Source of the DNA: an uncultured cyanobacterium
GTDB taxonomy: Bacteria > Cyanobacteriota > Cyanobacteriia > Cyanobacteriales > Microcystaceae
Direction of reading: 5' to 3'
Length of the DNA stretch: 51,461 nt
Assembly: GCA_963807635.1 (NCBI GenBank)
Contig: CAWEDJ010000044.1
Location: 1-51,461 of the forward strand
The position numbers and the translations under genes were made by a program. Shown piece by piece: positions 18,850 through 30,705 of the stretch. Each line of letters begins with the position of its first letter. The first letter of the stretch is position 1. Under the pieces are notes generated by a model. That model did not search any database and was not told the DNA's origin. It saw only the letters and a list, made by a program, of their open reading frames with translations.

Positions 18850-19683
18850 TCATAAATCCAACGCCAATTGATAAAGATGACGGCGGGGCATTTCGGTTAG
18901 CTCGGCAAGATGACGACTGGCTTGGGAGCGGCTCATCCCTTCTGCTAATAATTGCGCTAATTCACCCCTTAAGATGTCATCCGACGGAATAACGCGATCA
19001 ACCCTAATCTGTCCGCCAACGACGAGGGTAAATTCTCCCTTGGGTGTCGTTTGAGTATAGTGGGCGACTCCTTCGGCTAAAGTTCCATACCAAAATTCTT
19101 CGTGCAATTTCGTTAATTCCCTAGCCGTTACCAGCGATCGCTCGTTACCTAAAACCTGGGCTAAATCTGTCAACGTTTCTAATAAACGATGGGGAGCTTC
19201 ATAAAAAATCAAGGTGCGAGATTCCCCTTGTAAGGCCTGTAAACGAGCCTGTCTTTCCTTGCCCTTGGTCGGTAAAAACCCTTCAAAAATAAAGCGATCA
19301 GTCGGTAAGCCCGATGTCACAATCGCCGTAATTAAAGCCGTCACGCCTGGAATAGGAACCACTTCAATTTTTTCTATTAAACAAGCCTGAACTAATTCAT
19401 AGCCTGGATCGGAAATGCCTGGCATCCCTGCGTCGGTCACGAGAGCCAAATCCTTACCTTGCTGAAGATGATTTAAGAGAGTTTGTAAACGAGAATGATG
19501 ATTATGATCGTGATAACTAATTTGGGGAGTCGTAATTTTAAAATATTGCAATAATTTGCCCGTGTGACGAGTATCTTCTGCGGCAATTAAATCGACACTT
19601 TCTAAGGTTTTAATCGCTCGAAAGGTCATGTCCTCTAGATTCCCAATCGGTGTCCCGACTAGGTATAATTTTCCTATTTTCAT
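18850..19683 (-). CDS. rsmI: 16S rRNA C1402 2'-O-methyltransferase
   Basis: LYLVGTPIGNLEDMT, AAEDTR, DAGMPGISDPG, RELTKLHEE. Confidence 0.96.
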   Translation of the reverse strand: MKIGKLYLVGTPIGNLEDMTFRAIKTLESVDLIAAEDTRHTGKLLQYFKITTPQISYHDHNHHSRLQTLLNHLQQGKDLALVTDAGMPGISDPGYELVQACLIEKIEVVPIPGVTALITAIVTSGLPTDRFIFEGFLPTKGKERQARLQALQGESRTLIFYEAPHRLLETLTDLAQVLGNERSLVTARELTKLHEEFWYGTLAEGVAHYTQTTPKGEFTLVVGGQIRVDRVIPSDDILRGELAQLLAEGMSRSQASRHLAELTEMPRRHLYQLALDL

Positions 19684-19702
19684 ACGTTATTATTTATATT
19701 AA

Positions 19703-20600
19703 ATGAATGGATTATTTGTCGGTCTCACAACCTTAGATTTTTTATATTTGGTTGACCATTTTCCCGATCGCAACCAGAAAATTGTCGCTCTTGATTCCGC
19801 GATCAACCCAGGAGGCCCCGCCACCAATGCCGCAATTACCTTTGGTTATTTGGGAAATCAGGCAAAATTACTGAGTGTGATTGGCAATCATGCCCTTAGT
19901 CAAGTGATTCGTCAGGATTTAGCAAACCAATCTATTCATAGCATAGATTTAGAACCCACTTGGAGCGAATCTCCCTCAGTTTCTTCTGTGATCGTGACTC
20001 AAAAGACAGGAGAACGGGCGGTTATTTCTCTGAATGCAACTAAATTTCAAGCAAAATGTCAGCAAATTCCCCCTGATATTTTGGCGAATATTGATATTGT
20101 GTTAATTGACGGTCATCAGATGGCTATTAGTGGAGCGATCGCGTTCCCAAGCCCAAGCTAAAAATATTCCTGTAGTAATGGATGGTGGCAGTTGGAAAGC
20201 AGGTTTTGAAAAGGTGTTACCGTTTGTTAATTATGCGATTTGTTCTGCTAATTTTTATCCACCTAGTTGTCAGAATCAAGCAGATATTTTTGAGTATTTA
20301 AAATCTTATTCTATTCCCCAGATTGCAATTACCCAGGGAGATAAACCGATTCAATATGTTGGGCAAAATTATTCAGGAGAAATAACGATAGATTCAATCA
20401 ATGCGGTTGATACATTAGGAGCGGGAGATATTTTTCATGGGGCATTTTGTCATTTTATTGTCAATCACTTTAAAAATGCTGCTCAACCAATATTAGAGAA
20501 TGATTTTAGGGAAGCCTTAATTTTTTCAGCGAAGATTGCGGGTCAGTCCTGTCAATTCTTTGGAACAAGAAGTTGGATGAAAAGTAATTTTTTAAAATAA
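19703..20600 (+). CDS. PfkB-family sugar kinase; frameshift near 20145 beside a HIP1 site
   Basis: GGPATNAA in first part, VDTLGAGDIFHGAF in second part. Confidence 0.88.
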
Positions 20601-20665
20601 ATTGAGATAAAATAGCGAATGATGAATTAAAATTGTATGATTGATTTATTGTTTTTAGATTTTCG

Positions 20666-22062
20666 ATGACGGTTATGGCAAGAACTTCAAAAAAGACGGA
20701 ATCAGTCGAAGAATCAAATAAAATGCCTATTGCTTATTTTTTAAGCTTAGAGGTTGAGAATTTTTTGTGTTTTAAAGACAGACAAGTTTTAGATTTATCT
20801 GACAAAAATGATAATCCTGCTCAATGGACAGTTATTCTCGGTGATAACGGAGTTGGAAAAACAACTTTACTTCGTTGTATAGCTGGAATAAGTATGAAAA
20901 TCGAAAAATCTAGAAAAGAGATAGTGCCTATTTTTCTTCATCCAATTTATTATTTTAATGGTTTTTCGGAACGAGGCAACTCTTTTCAAATAGTTACCAG
21001 TGATTGGAATTTGAAAGCTGACATCGCATTTGGATCTAAACTTTCTTGGTTAAATCCTAATCTTAATCATTACAAAAAATTAAAAAAAAAATCAATATCT
21101 TGTTTTCCTTCTACTTTTACATCTCATATGGATTTATCTGATGATCTTCCTGGGCTAATTTGCTATGGCTATGGAGCAACTAGAAGAGTTGGAAAACCTA
21201 ATTTAAGCGAACAACATTATCAAGAAGACTCAATTAGTTTATTCTTGGAAAATACGTCTCTCATTAATGCAGAAGAATGGTTATTACAGACCGATTATTC
21301 CAGTAAATACTCCCAGGGAAAAAAGCAAGAAGATTTAAACAAACAAATTAGTGGTATTAAAGACATTTTCAAACGAGTCTTACCTGATGTAGAAGATATT
21401 GATATTTTTTTACAAGATCGCGGAAATACTCGCCCTCATGTTAAATTCAAAATGCCCTATGGTTGGATTCCTTTTGTAGATATGGGATTGGGTTACAAAA
21501 CCATGATGACTTGGATATTAGATCTCGTTATTCGTCTTTATAAACGTTATCCAGAAAGCGATGATCCCTTATCTGAACCTGCGATTGTTTTAGTTGATGA
21601 AATTGATTTGCATCTCCATCCTAAATGGCAACGAACGATCATGGACTTTCTGACAGAACGCTTTCCGAATACCCAATTTATTGTGACTGCCCATAGTCCC
21701 CTCGTTGTTCAAGCCGCTCAGGATGCCAATATTGTTTTACTTCGTCGAGAAGGCGATCGCGTGGTAATTGATAATAATCCCGAAATCATTGATAATTGGC
21801 GAGTCGATCAAATTTTAACCAGTCTTTTTGAACTGCCTTCTGCTCGGCGCCAGCCACTCTCGATCCCTTGTTAAAACGTCGCGAAGAAATTTTAACTAAA
21901 CCAAAATTAACCCCAAAAGATAAAGCTGAATTAAAAGCGATCGCTGAACAAATCGGCCATTTACCGACAGGGGAAACGCCAGAAGATATTCAAGCAATGG
22001 ATATTATTCGTCGTGCCGCTAAACTTTTAGAAACTCAACAAAAAAGTGATTCGCATTCATAA
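20666..22062 (+). CDS. ABC/AAA_21-type ATPase, PtuA-like; frameshift near 21855
   Basis: Walker A GDNGVGKT, signature-like MGLGY, Walker B VLVDEIDLHLHPKWQR, FIVTAHSP. Confidence 0.85.
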
Positions 22063-24011
22063 ATCAATCCAACCTCCTGACAAACTTATTACAGAAGGAA
22101 AAAAGAAACGAAAATCCCATTGTTTTTCCTATACTCGTAATTCTCAAGATTATCAAAATGGAAAGAAAAAATTTTTGTTTAATGGCAATATTTATGCTTA
22201 TAAAGATGTTAAAGAAGCTTTGATTCAATCCCAACATGGTAAATGCTGTTTTTGTGAACAAATTATCCATGAAGAAGGGGATATCGAACATTTTCGTCCC
22301 AAACAAGCTTATCGACAAGAAAAAGGAAAACCTCTGCAAAGACCAGGTTATTATTGGTTAGCCTATGAATGGGATAATCTCAGAAATGTTGAATTCTGTA
22401 ACAAAACTTTACATTTAAAAACATAATAACCCCAAAACGACAATATTAGATTGCACAGACAATTTTCCTAAACCAGTGTACATAGCTGATATGTTGACAC
22501 ATAAAACTCTGTAAATATCGCAATTTATCTAATAAGCTTTTGCCAAACACTTCCTCAATATCTATTAGTTGTAAAATCAAATAACCTATGATGCAGCTAT
22601 AAATTTGTATCCGAATTCCTCTCTCGTTTTTTGTTATTAAATGGTCAAGCTTTAGGTGCATTTTTAAGAACTTCCAAAGAATTCTATTTGCCATCTTTGT
22701 CGATACATTTCGGCAATTTCCTCATTACTTACTCCCCCTTCTCCTTCTAAGGGTAAGTCCGTCGCTATCCGAAATTCACTTTGACTTTCTAGATCACAAA
22801 ACTCAACCATTCTTACTTCTATTTCTCTTTTTTCTGCTCCTAGCTTGCTCTGACCATTTTCCAGCATTTCTAGCTTCATATCATTTTTTACCCTTAAAAC
22901 AAAATGCTTGTCTTTTTTCTCTAATAATTTTCGATTCTTTCATTAGAAGAAAATCCTCTATCCATTACCCCAACTCCATTTACAGGAATTTCTTCTATAG
23001 TTTTTTTTCCTTCTTTAGAGTCATGTCCTTGACCAAAATTGATGACAATCCCCCCCACTTCTGTGGTGATACTATTTAGTCCACAAAATAATTTTACTTG
23101 ATGCCATTTTTCTTGTCCATAACAGTTTACTTGTTAGTGTGATTATTGTTGAGTCAATTGGAAATAAAGCTCTAGCTTTTTCTTTTCCTTTTTTGTTTAC
23201 TAATCTTTTATTTAGTTCATTGATTATTTTCTCAAATGCTTCTGTCTCTCGGATTTTACTCGCCTTAGAAAATGTTGAGTATTGACATTAATTCCTTGCA
23301 TTTTCAGCGTGTACATAAGTCTCTCATGCTGACGATACTTTTATCCAGTGCAAATCCTATCCAACAGGACACAAAAGAAAATGTATTTAGGCGGGATAAT
23401 CATTTTTGGGCAATGGCTTCAGAAGCTCTTTCATTAGTTTTGGGAAAATTGTTATTGCATGGCTATTCACATTCATTGTTTATATCTTACTTTGCTTTTT
23501 ATGTATCTATAATACTCGATTTTCTAGGAATTTTTTCCCCGTTCAACACTTCTGGGATAATCTATATTTAGCTTGCACAGCTTGTAATCAACGCCATAAA
23601 GAAAATCTTTTTCCGTTAATCAATCCTGAAGACCGTGCCACAAGCCATCATGATAATATAAAAATAGAAAAACCGATATTTATTAACCCAGGAAAAGAAG
23701 ATCCTGAAAATTTTATTCAATTTAACGGCGAGATCCCTGTGGGGATTGATAAAGAAGAGAGGGGAAAAAATACAATTAAATCTCTAGCATTAGATCGTCC
23801 TAATTTAAAAATACGAAGACTTGATAAACTTCAAGAAATTAAAATATTAAAGCAGGTATTAGAACTTGCTAAACAAGATTTAGAAAATTTAGAGTTACAA
23901 ACTCTTGCTCAAGAAGCTGAATCCAGAATAGAAAAATCTACATCTTCAAAGGGAGAATTTTCGGTGGCAGTTAAATGTTCAATTAATAATAATTTTGAAT
24001 TTATTTTATAA
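22046..24011 (+). pseudogene. HNH endonuclease, PtuB-like, interrupted by IS4
   Basis: KCCFCE..DIEHFRPK...YWLAYEWDNL | YLACTACNQRHKENLFP rejoins in frame after removing the IS and one TSD; start overlaps the ATPase end. Confidence 0.88.
22381..23554 (-). mobile_element. IS4-family element, 1174 bp, transposase with multiple frameshifts (~22446-23470)
   Basis: TIRs CAGAAATGTTGAA / CAGAAGTGTTGAA; 9-bp TSD GGATAATCT (22372-22380 / 23555-23563); YRQRWQIE and LWKFLKMHLKLD motifs. Confidence 0.92.
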
Positions 24012-24100
24012 AGAAAATTTTAAACAATAACTAATATTTAGTCAGTCTATTATAATAGTCAATTATCAATACATTTATCCCAAAAAATTGTTCACATACC

Positions 24101-25576
24101 ATGACGATCGCCGATTTATCCTCCCCTATCACCAATCCACCCAAATTAAAACTCCTGACCATGTTTCGCTTAGGGCTTTTTCAGATGGGATTAGGTATCA
24201 TGTCCCTCCTGACCCTCGGCGTACTCAACCGCATCATGATCGATGAATTAATCGTCCTCCCTGGTATTGCCGCAGGCGCGATCGCCATGTATCAGTTCGT
24301 CAGTCCTAGTCGGGTCTGGTTTGGACAGATGTCCGATAGCAAAAAACTCTTTGGTTATCATCGCAGTGGCTTTATCTGGATTGGCACAGTTCTCTTTACC
24401 CTCATCTCGTTTCTCGCTCTACAAGTCGTTTGGCAACTGGGATTAAGCCTACAAGCAACGGGCTGGAGTGTCGTAACCTACGGCTGGGCATTGGTTTTAG
24501 CGATGGTGTTTGCGGGTTACGGGCTGGCCTTGAGTGCCAGTTCAACCCCCTTTGCGGCTTTGTTAGTCGATGTGTCAGACGAAGATAACCGTTCCCAACT
24601 CGTGAGTATTGTGTGGTCAATGTTGATGGTGGGCATTGTCTTAGGCGCGATCGTGGGTTCCAAACTCCTCAATAGTCCCGATATTTGCGGTGATGCCATC
24701 CTTAGTTATGACCCGACTCAGACCCAAAAAATTACCGATATCGCCCTCCTCCAAAAGACCGTTAACCCTGTTTTTATTTTGATGCCGTCCTTGGTTTTAC
24801 TCCTCGGTTTTGTTTCTACCTGGGGCGTGGAAAAGAAATATTCTCGCTTTAGTCGCCGAATCAATGCAGAAACGGCAAGTCATCCGAGAGAAGACCAAAT
24901 CACCTTTGGCCATGCCCTCAAAGTCCTAACTGCCAGTCGTCAAACAGGTTTCTTTTTTAGTTTTTTGTTGGTGTTGACCCTTAGTTTATTTATGCAAGAT
25001 GCGGTGATGGAACCCTACGGCGGAGAAGTTTTTGGGATGTGCATTTCAGAAACCACTAAACTGAATGCTTTTTTTGGAACAGGAACCCTTTTGGGGATTG
25101 GAACCACAGGCTTTTTAATTATTCCCCGTTTAGGGAAAAAAAGAACCACTAAATTGGGGGCGTTATTGGCTTCTGCCTGCTTAATTTTAATTATTCTGGC
25201 AGGATTTACTGCAAATCAAAGTTTATTGAAATCAGGCTTACTCTTTTTCGGGTTAGCATCGGGCATCATCACCGCAGGCGCAACCAATTTGATGTTAGAC
25301 CTGACGGCGGCAGAAACCGCAGGAACTTTTATCGGAGCCTGGGGACTCGCTCAAGCGATGTCTAGGGGATTAGCAACCGTATTGGGCGGTGTTATTCTCA
25401 ATTTAGGCAAAATTCTCTTTACCAATCCTGTGTTTGCCTACGGAATGGTTTTTGTTCTGCAAGCGTTGGGTCTAATTTTTGCGGTGATTATCCTGGAGCG
25501 GGTGAATATTAAGGAATTTCAAGATAATGCCCAATCCGCGATCGCCAAGATTATGGAAAATGAACTAGACGGTTAA
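24101..25576 (+). CDS. pucC: PucC/BCD-family chlorophyll-related MFS transporter
   Basis: RLGLFQMGLGIMSLLTLGVLNRIMI, QDAVMEPYGGEVF, AGTFIGAWGLAQA; about 12 TM helices. Confidence 0.88.
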   Translation: MTIADLSSPITNPPKLKLLTMFRLGLFQMGLGIMSLLTLGVLNRIMIDELIVLPGIAAGAIAMYQFVSPSRVWFGQMSDSKKLFGYHRSGFIWIGTVLFTLISFLALQVVWQLGLSLQATGWSVVTYGWALVLAMVFAGYGLALSASSTPFAALLVDVSDEDNRSQLVSIVWSMLMVGIVLGAIVGSKLLNSPDICGDAILSYDPTQTQKITDIALLQKTVNPVFILMPSLVLLLGFVSTWGVEKKYSRFSRRINAETASHPREDQITFGHALKVLTASRQTGFFFSFLLVLTLSLFMQDAVMEPYGGEVFGMCISETTKLNAFFGTGTLLGIGTTGFLIIPRLGKKRTTKLGALLASACLILIILAGFTANQSLLKSGLLFFGLASGIITAGATNLMLDLTAAETAGTFIGAWGLAQAMSRGLATVLGGVILNLGKILFTNPVFAYGMVFVLQALGLIFAVIILERVNIKEFQDNAQSAIAKIMENELDG

Positions 25577-25602
25577 ACTAGAAATTAATTGGAGAAATCA
25601 GA

Positions 25603-26277
25603 ATGGCTAGACCTAATACGGATATTGACATTGCGGACTATATCGATCATTCCTTGCTCGATCCCCTAGCAACCACCGAGCAGTTAGCAAAATATTGTAA
25701 TCAGGCGGATCAATACGGGTTTCCTACTGTTTGCGTTTATCCTACTTTTGTTCATCAGGCCGTTGAATTGGTCAGAAATAAACGAATTCAGGTTTGTAGC
25801 GTCATTGGTTTTCCCACCGGGGCAACGACTTCGGCGGTTAAATTATATGAAGCCCAGGAAGCCGTAGAAAATGGTGCAACGGAACTGGATGTAGTGATTA
25901 ATTTAGGTTGGTTAAAGGAAGGTAAAACCGAAGAAATTTACCAAGAAATTGCCCAAATTTGTGAAGAAACAGGACAAACGGTAAAAACGATCCTAGAAAT
26001 GTCTCTGCTCACAGAAACAGAAAAACAACTGGCCGCCGAAATTTGTCTGGATGCAGGGGCAAGTTACCTGAAAACCAGTACGGGCTGGTCAGGCGGTGCA
26101 ACAGTGGAAGATGTGGCTTTACTCAAAAAAATCGCGAAAGGTCGGGTCGGCATCAAGGCTTCGGGCGGAATTCGTAGCTTAGAACAGGCGATCGCCTTAA
26201 TTGAAGCTGGGGCAACCCGTATTGGAACTTCTCGCGGTGTGGATTTGGTGCGACAACAAAAAGAACAGGAATCCTGA
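25603..26277 (+). CDS. deoC: Deoxyribose-phosphate aldolase
   Basis: [40 protein letters not shown]. Confidence 0.95.
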   Translation: MARPNTDIDIADYIDHSLLDPLATTEQLAKYCNQADQYGFPTVCVYPTFVHQAVELVRNKRIQVCSVIGFPTGATTSAVKLYEAQEAVENGATELDVVINLGWLKEGKTEEIYQEIAQICEETGQTVKTILEMSLLTETEKQLAAEICLDAGASYLKTSTGWSGGATVEDVALLKKIAKGRVGIKASGGIRSLEQAIALIEAGATRIGTSRGVDLVRQQKEQES

Positions 26278-26297
26278 AAAATATCAACAATTCAGGG

Positions 26298-29117
26298 TTA
26301 AAGTCTAGTTGACAATGATGTTCTTCGCGATCGCGTTAATTTTTGGAGTTGTTGACTTTCGAGTTCTAGAACCCGACGGGCAAAGTCAGGATCTTGATCC
26401 AGAAGATCATCAAAGGCATCGACTGAAACCGCTAAGATGCGAGTATTTTCGCTGTCGGCAAGGATCGTATTTTCTAAATTGCTATGGCCCAAAACTTCTA
26501 GCTCATCCAAGACTTGTCCAGGGTAGAGACTTTCAATCCGAACCTCATCTGCCAGATGGTAGTAAATCTTGGCTTCTCCCTCAATTAGCAATAACAATTC
26601 CCGACAGGTATCCCCCGCTTCGGTGATGGCTTGATCTTTGGTGTAAATCCTGATCTCAGCGCGATCGCCCAAGTCTATCAGGGTTCCCGTTTGCATTTGC
26701 TCAAAGAAATCACTATTAAATAAATAAACCAATTTTTCTAGTCGAGAAAAAATCGAGAGAGCGGGAGAAGTTGTTACCGAAAGAATTTTTTCTAGGGTTT
26801 CTTGAACTAGAGGAATTGGGGAGTTTGGGGTTAAATGACGGGAGATCGCCTGGGACTTAGTTAAATCGAGTTGGGCGATGAGATAAAGAGCAGTGCATTG
26901 AATCAAAGAATTGTCATTTTCTAAGAAAATTTCTAGGTGACTGACTATTTCTTGGGTCGAATATTCCCTCGAAAAATCTGTAGAGTTTGCTTCAGTTTGA
27001 GTAAAAATATTAACAATATCTTGACTCCACTGATTTTGTGATTTTTCATTCTCTAAAACTTCTAGTAGAGCAGAAGAAACTATCGTTTTAATTGACTGCA
27101 ATATGGTTAACGTATTCGGTTCATTTTGTCGATTTTTTAGAATTATTAAAAGGTTTTTGACAATCAATATTTGGTTATGTTTGATATTATCTTTTAATAT
27201 TTTTACGACGGCTTGATATTCTTGCAGACTCGGTTGCTCTAAGGCGCGATCGCGATCAGATAGTTCTGTTAATCGAGCCAGTAAAAATTCAGATTTTACC
27301 AAACTATCTGTATTAGGAGAAAGCCCTGCTAAAATTGAGTCTTCTTCCTGAGCCGTAATTAAATATTCTCGACTGAGAGAACGCATTTTAGCTGAGTCTT
27401 GGGGAGATAATTCAATGGTTCCTTCAGAAGATAATTGTTGGAGTCTCAAGATTCGTTCTAAGGATTTTTGATAACCGTTTAAACGGACTTGATTTTCTAA
27501 ACTCCATTGACGATTGGGATTGAGTAATTCAGGATCTTCAATGCCTAATTCTTCTAATACTGTGCGGTGTTCATCGTTAGTAATTCCCAATTCTTGCCGC
27601 ATTTGTTTTAGGACTTCTAGGCTACTGGCACTATTGACATAACCTTCTTCTAAGGATTCTTTAACAACGCCTTTATAAACTTGATGTTGTTTTTCTCGGT
27701 TAAAGCCAATCAGAACTTTCGCTAAGACATAGATTTCATTAGGTTGGAGATCTTTGAGAGAACGACCTTCGAGAAATTGGGAAACATCGAGTTGTAATTT
27801 CTCCAATTGTTTGCGTAAACGAAGGGCTAAACTTTCGCGGTAGTAAATTTCTCGACTTTGGTTCCAGGTTTTTTGTAACCACAATGTACTCAAAAAAACT
27901 AGACTTAGATCAAAAACGTATTGAACCCAAACAGGGAGTAACTGAAGAAGGGGACGACCTGCAAATAGGAAAAAGAAATCAAAAATTAAAAAAGTACAAA
28001 TAGCAAACAAACGATGGCGAATGACTTCAGGTTTTACGTTAAAATTTTTCTGAAAATAGGATTGTGCTTGGGCTTCAATGGCTCGTCCTAAAATAATCGC
28101 GATCGCGGTAAAGCTTCCTAATACCAAAGGCACTGCCAAGAGCTTGGGGATATTAATCGCTTGTCCAAAAAGATAGAGTCCAGGATTCATCAAGGAAGCG
28201 AGTTGATTAGGATCACGATTCCAGATTCCTGAAAAGTAATAATCCCAGTTGCCTGCGTATAAATAATAATAAAGAAAATAGCCGATGACTAAACCAACAT
28301 AACCGTAACGCACAAAGGATTTTTCAGGAGTATTTAACCCCTCCCAATAGGCTCTTTCTGAATCAATATCAAAACAAGGACTTTGGCAAGCAACACAGGC
28401 ACTTTGTTCGGTTTTATCGGGTAGAACAGTGCGACACATGGATTGACTAATTTTTTCGTCGCTCAAATGGGGTTTACTGCCTAATAAACCACTCGGTTCA
28501 CTAAAAATAGTCTGGACAGGAGCCATTGGGCAAAAATATTGACACCAGGATTTTCCACCATAGAAATAACCGACAAAAATGGCCGCCGCGATCGCAAACA
28601 AAATCCATAAAGCCAACATCAGGCGATCGGCATTAAAAAATAAAATTCGTCCACACAATCCTACAAATAACCAACCAAATTGAAGATAGGAATAGTTTTT
28701 TCCCAGCCATGAATCCGCCTTAACTTTTGCTAATTCGTAGCGTACTTTTCCTGTTTTTGGGTTTTCCCGTTTAAATTGTCTTTGCCAACCGAGGGCGCGG
28801 GGAATTTGAGATAAAAAAGATAAAGGGCAAATCCGTCGCCACAATTCATGGCCAAAGACTAACAAAATGAAAATGCCCGATGGAACGACTGCTCCCCAAA
28901 AAAGCGTTGCTCCCAAAGCGTAGGGTTCTTGGGGTAAGCATACCCCTTGTACTTTAATGCACACATCCGTAAGACGTAGGGGACTCCAAGGGTGATCGGG
29001 TTCAGTCAGGGCTGATGTCCAGGGATCATACAAAAGAGAGGCGATGAGTAATAGCCATCCGCTTGTTAAAACCCAGCGAACCCAGTGCATTTGTCGTTCA
29101 GGGATTTGTGTCAACAT
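26298..29117 (-). CDS. Membrane 4Fe-4S-binding protein with helical repeats and C-terminal cNMP-binding domain
   Basis: Multiple TM segments; RRICPLSF, WCQYFCPMAP, CVACQSPC; C-terminal ITEAGD..LLLLIEGEA..GQVLDELEVL. Confidence 0.8.
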   Translation of the reverse strand: MLTQIPERQMHWVRWVLTSGWLLLIASLLYDPWTSALTEPDHPWSPLRLTDVCIKVQGVCLPQEPYALGATLFWGAVVPSGIFILLVFGHELWRRICPLSFLSQIPRALGWQRQFKRENPKTGKVRYELAKVKADSWLGKNYSYLQFGWLFVGLCGRILFFNADRLMLALWILFAIAAAIFVGYFYGGKSWCQYFCPMAPVQTIFSEPSGLLGSKPHLSDEKISQSMCRTVLPDKTEQSACVACQSPCFDIDSERAYWEGLNTPEKSFVRYGYVGLVIGYFLYYYLYAGNWDYYFSGIWNRDPNQLASLMNPGLYLFGQAINIPKLLAVPLVLGSFTAIAIILGRAIEAQAQSYFQKNFNVKPEVIRHRLFAICTFLIFDFFFLFAGRPLLQLLPVWVQYVFDLSLVFLSTLWLQKTWNQSREIYYRESLALRLRKQLEKLQLDVSQFLEGRSLKDLQPNEIYVLAKVLIGFNREKQHQVYKGVVKESLEEGYVNSASSLEVLKQMRQELGITNDEHRTVLEELGIEDPELLNPNRQWSLENQVRLNGYQKSLERILRLQQLSSEGTIELSPQDSAKMRSLSREYLITAQEEDSILAGLSPNTDSLVKSEFLLARLTELSDRDRALEQPSLQEYQAVVKILKDNIKHNQILIVKNLLIILKNRQNEPNTLTILQSIKTIVSSALLEVLENEKSQNQWSQDIVNIFTQTEANSTDFSREYSTQEIVSHLEIFLENDNSLIQCTALYLIAQLDLTKSQAISRHLTPNSPIPLVQETLEKILSVTTSPALSIFSRLEKLVYLFNSDFFEQMQTGTLIDLGDRAEIRIYTKDQAITEAGDTCRELLLLIEGEAKIYYHLADEVRIESLYPGQVLDELEVLGHSNLENTILADSENTRILAVSVDAFDDLLDQDPDFARRVLELESQQLQKLTRSRRTSLSTRL

Positions 29118-29294
29118 AAAGAGAATTTTTGGGGTTAGTTTCTAAGTAGATAATTTTTGGTTATGTTAATGCAAAAATTTCAAATGTCAGTATTATTTTT
29201 TCGATAATTAGTAAAAATACAGTATCTCAATCTTAAAGGTCTTAAGGTTGTATTATACAAATAGAATAAAAAATTCAACTCTGGAGTCAATAAA

Positions 29295-30684
29295 ATGTCA
29301 TTATTAACACCCAAAGTTTATGATTGCATCATCGTTGGTGCTGGACTTTCAGGACTTATTGCGGCTCGTAATTTGCATCGGTCTGGTCAAAATATTTTGT
29401 TAATTGAAGCCCGCGATCGCCTTGGGGGGAGAATGTATGGTCGGACTCTAGAATCAGGACAATGGATCGATTTGGGGGGTCAATGGGTTCGGCCCGACCC
29501 AGACGCGATTCTTAGCCCTACTAGACGAATATAAAGTCCGTCGCTTTCCTTCTCCTGCTCATGGGAAAACGGTGCTTGTGTTCAATGGCAAACGCTACGA
29601 ATTTAATGGCTTCTTTCAAGGAATTCATGAAGGTGAAATTCCCGATTTGCCCGAAGAAGAATGGCAGGATGCGATGACGGCTTGGGAACGTTTTCATCAA
29701 CTTTCTAGTGCAATGCCTGATGGATATCCCCGCCCGAATGAGCAAAATAAACGGCTTGATAGTGATACTTTTGCCCGTTGGATTGAAGACAATACCCATA
29801 CTGATTTTGGACACTGGTACTTTTCCTATTTGTGTCGTGCTGCTGGTTTTCAGGCCCCGCCGAACCCAGTCAAGTGTCTCTTCTTCATATTCTTTGGGGA
29901 CAAAACAGTGCGCCACAATCCGAACATCCCGAAGCGGAACTTCTTCACGGGGGAGCAGGACAAATTCCTGAAAAGATTGCTGCCGAATTAGGCGATCGCA
30001 TTCATTTAAACGAACCCGTTTTAAGCATTCACCATAGCAAAACAGAGGTTGAAATAAAAACTTCCCATAATTGCTTTACTGCAAAATTTGTTGTTGTTGC
30101 GATGCCACCCCATCTAGCAGGTCGAATTCACTACGATCCGCCCATGCCGCCTTCACGAGCGCAACTCACTCAACGAGTGCCAATGGGTTGCTGTGCCAAA
30201 ATTTTAATCTCCTACGATCGCCCATTCTGGAGAGAAAAAGGACTAGCTGGCATTGCCAAAGGAAACTGCGAATGGATTGAACTTTGTGCCGATAGTTCTG
30301 ATCCAGAAACAGGCGTTGGAGTAATTGCAACCTTTGTCGTTGGCGATCGCTTTGGACGTTGGCAACCCATGAGTGAAAGCGATCGTCGTGGGGCGGTTCT
30401 CTCGGATTTAGCGATTTATTTCGGCGATGAAGCGTTATCTCCTGTGACCTACGACGAAGTCGGATTGGCCTGGCGAACCCTGGACGGGAGGGGGATACGC
30501 CGCTTTTATGCCGCCTGGTGTCTGGACAAGTTTTGGGGATGCTCTGACAACTCCAGTGGGACGAATCCATTGGGCAGGAACAGAAATGGCCGATCGCTGG
30601 GCAGGATTTTTTGAGGGGGCAGTGCGGACGGGTGAAACAGTTGCTGAACGTATTCAGGCAAATCTTCAACTTGATAGGTATTAG
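29295..30684 (+). CDS. Flavin monoamine oxidase; split by apparent frameshifts near 29490, 29850 and 30470
   Basis: IIVGAGLSGL, EARDRLGGR, DLGGQWV, GGAGQI, IHWAGTE, FEGAVRTGE. Confidence 0.88.
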
Positions 30685-30705
30685 CCCATATGTTAATTGA
30701 ACTAA

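Noticed and set aside
23272..23571. Plus-strand ORF and the N-terminal extension of ORF 23406-24011
   Set aside because: Antisense to the IS4 transposase; HNH sequence resumes only after 23554
20600..24100. Retron associated with the ATPase-HNH pair
   Set aside because: No reverse transcriptase and no room for msr-msd in the flanks
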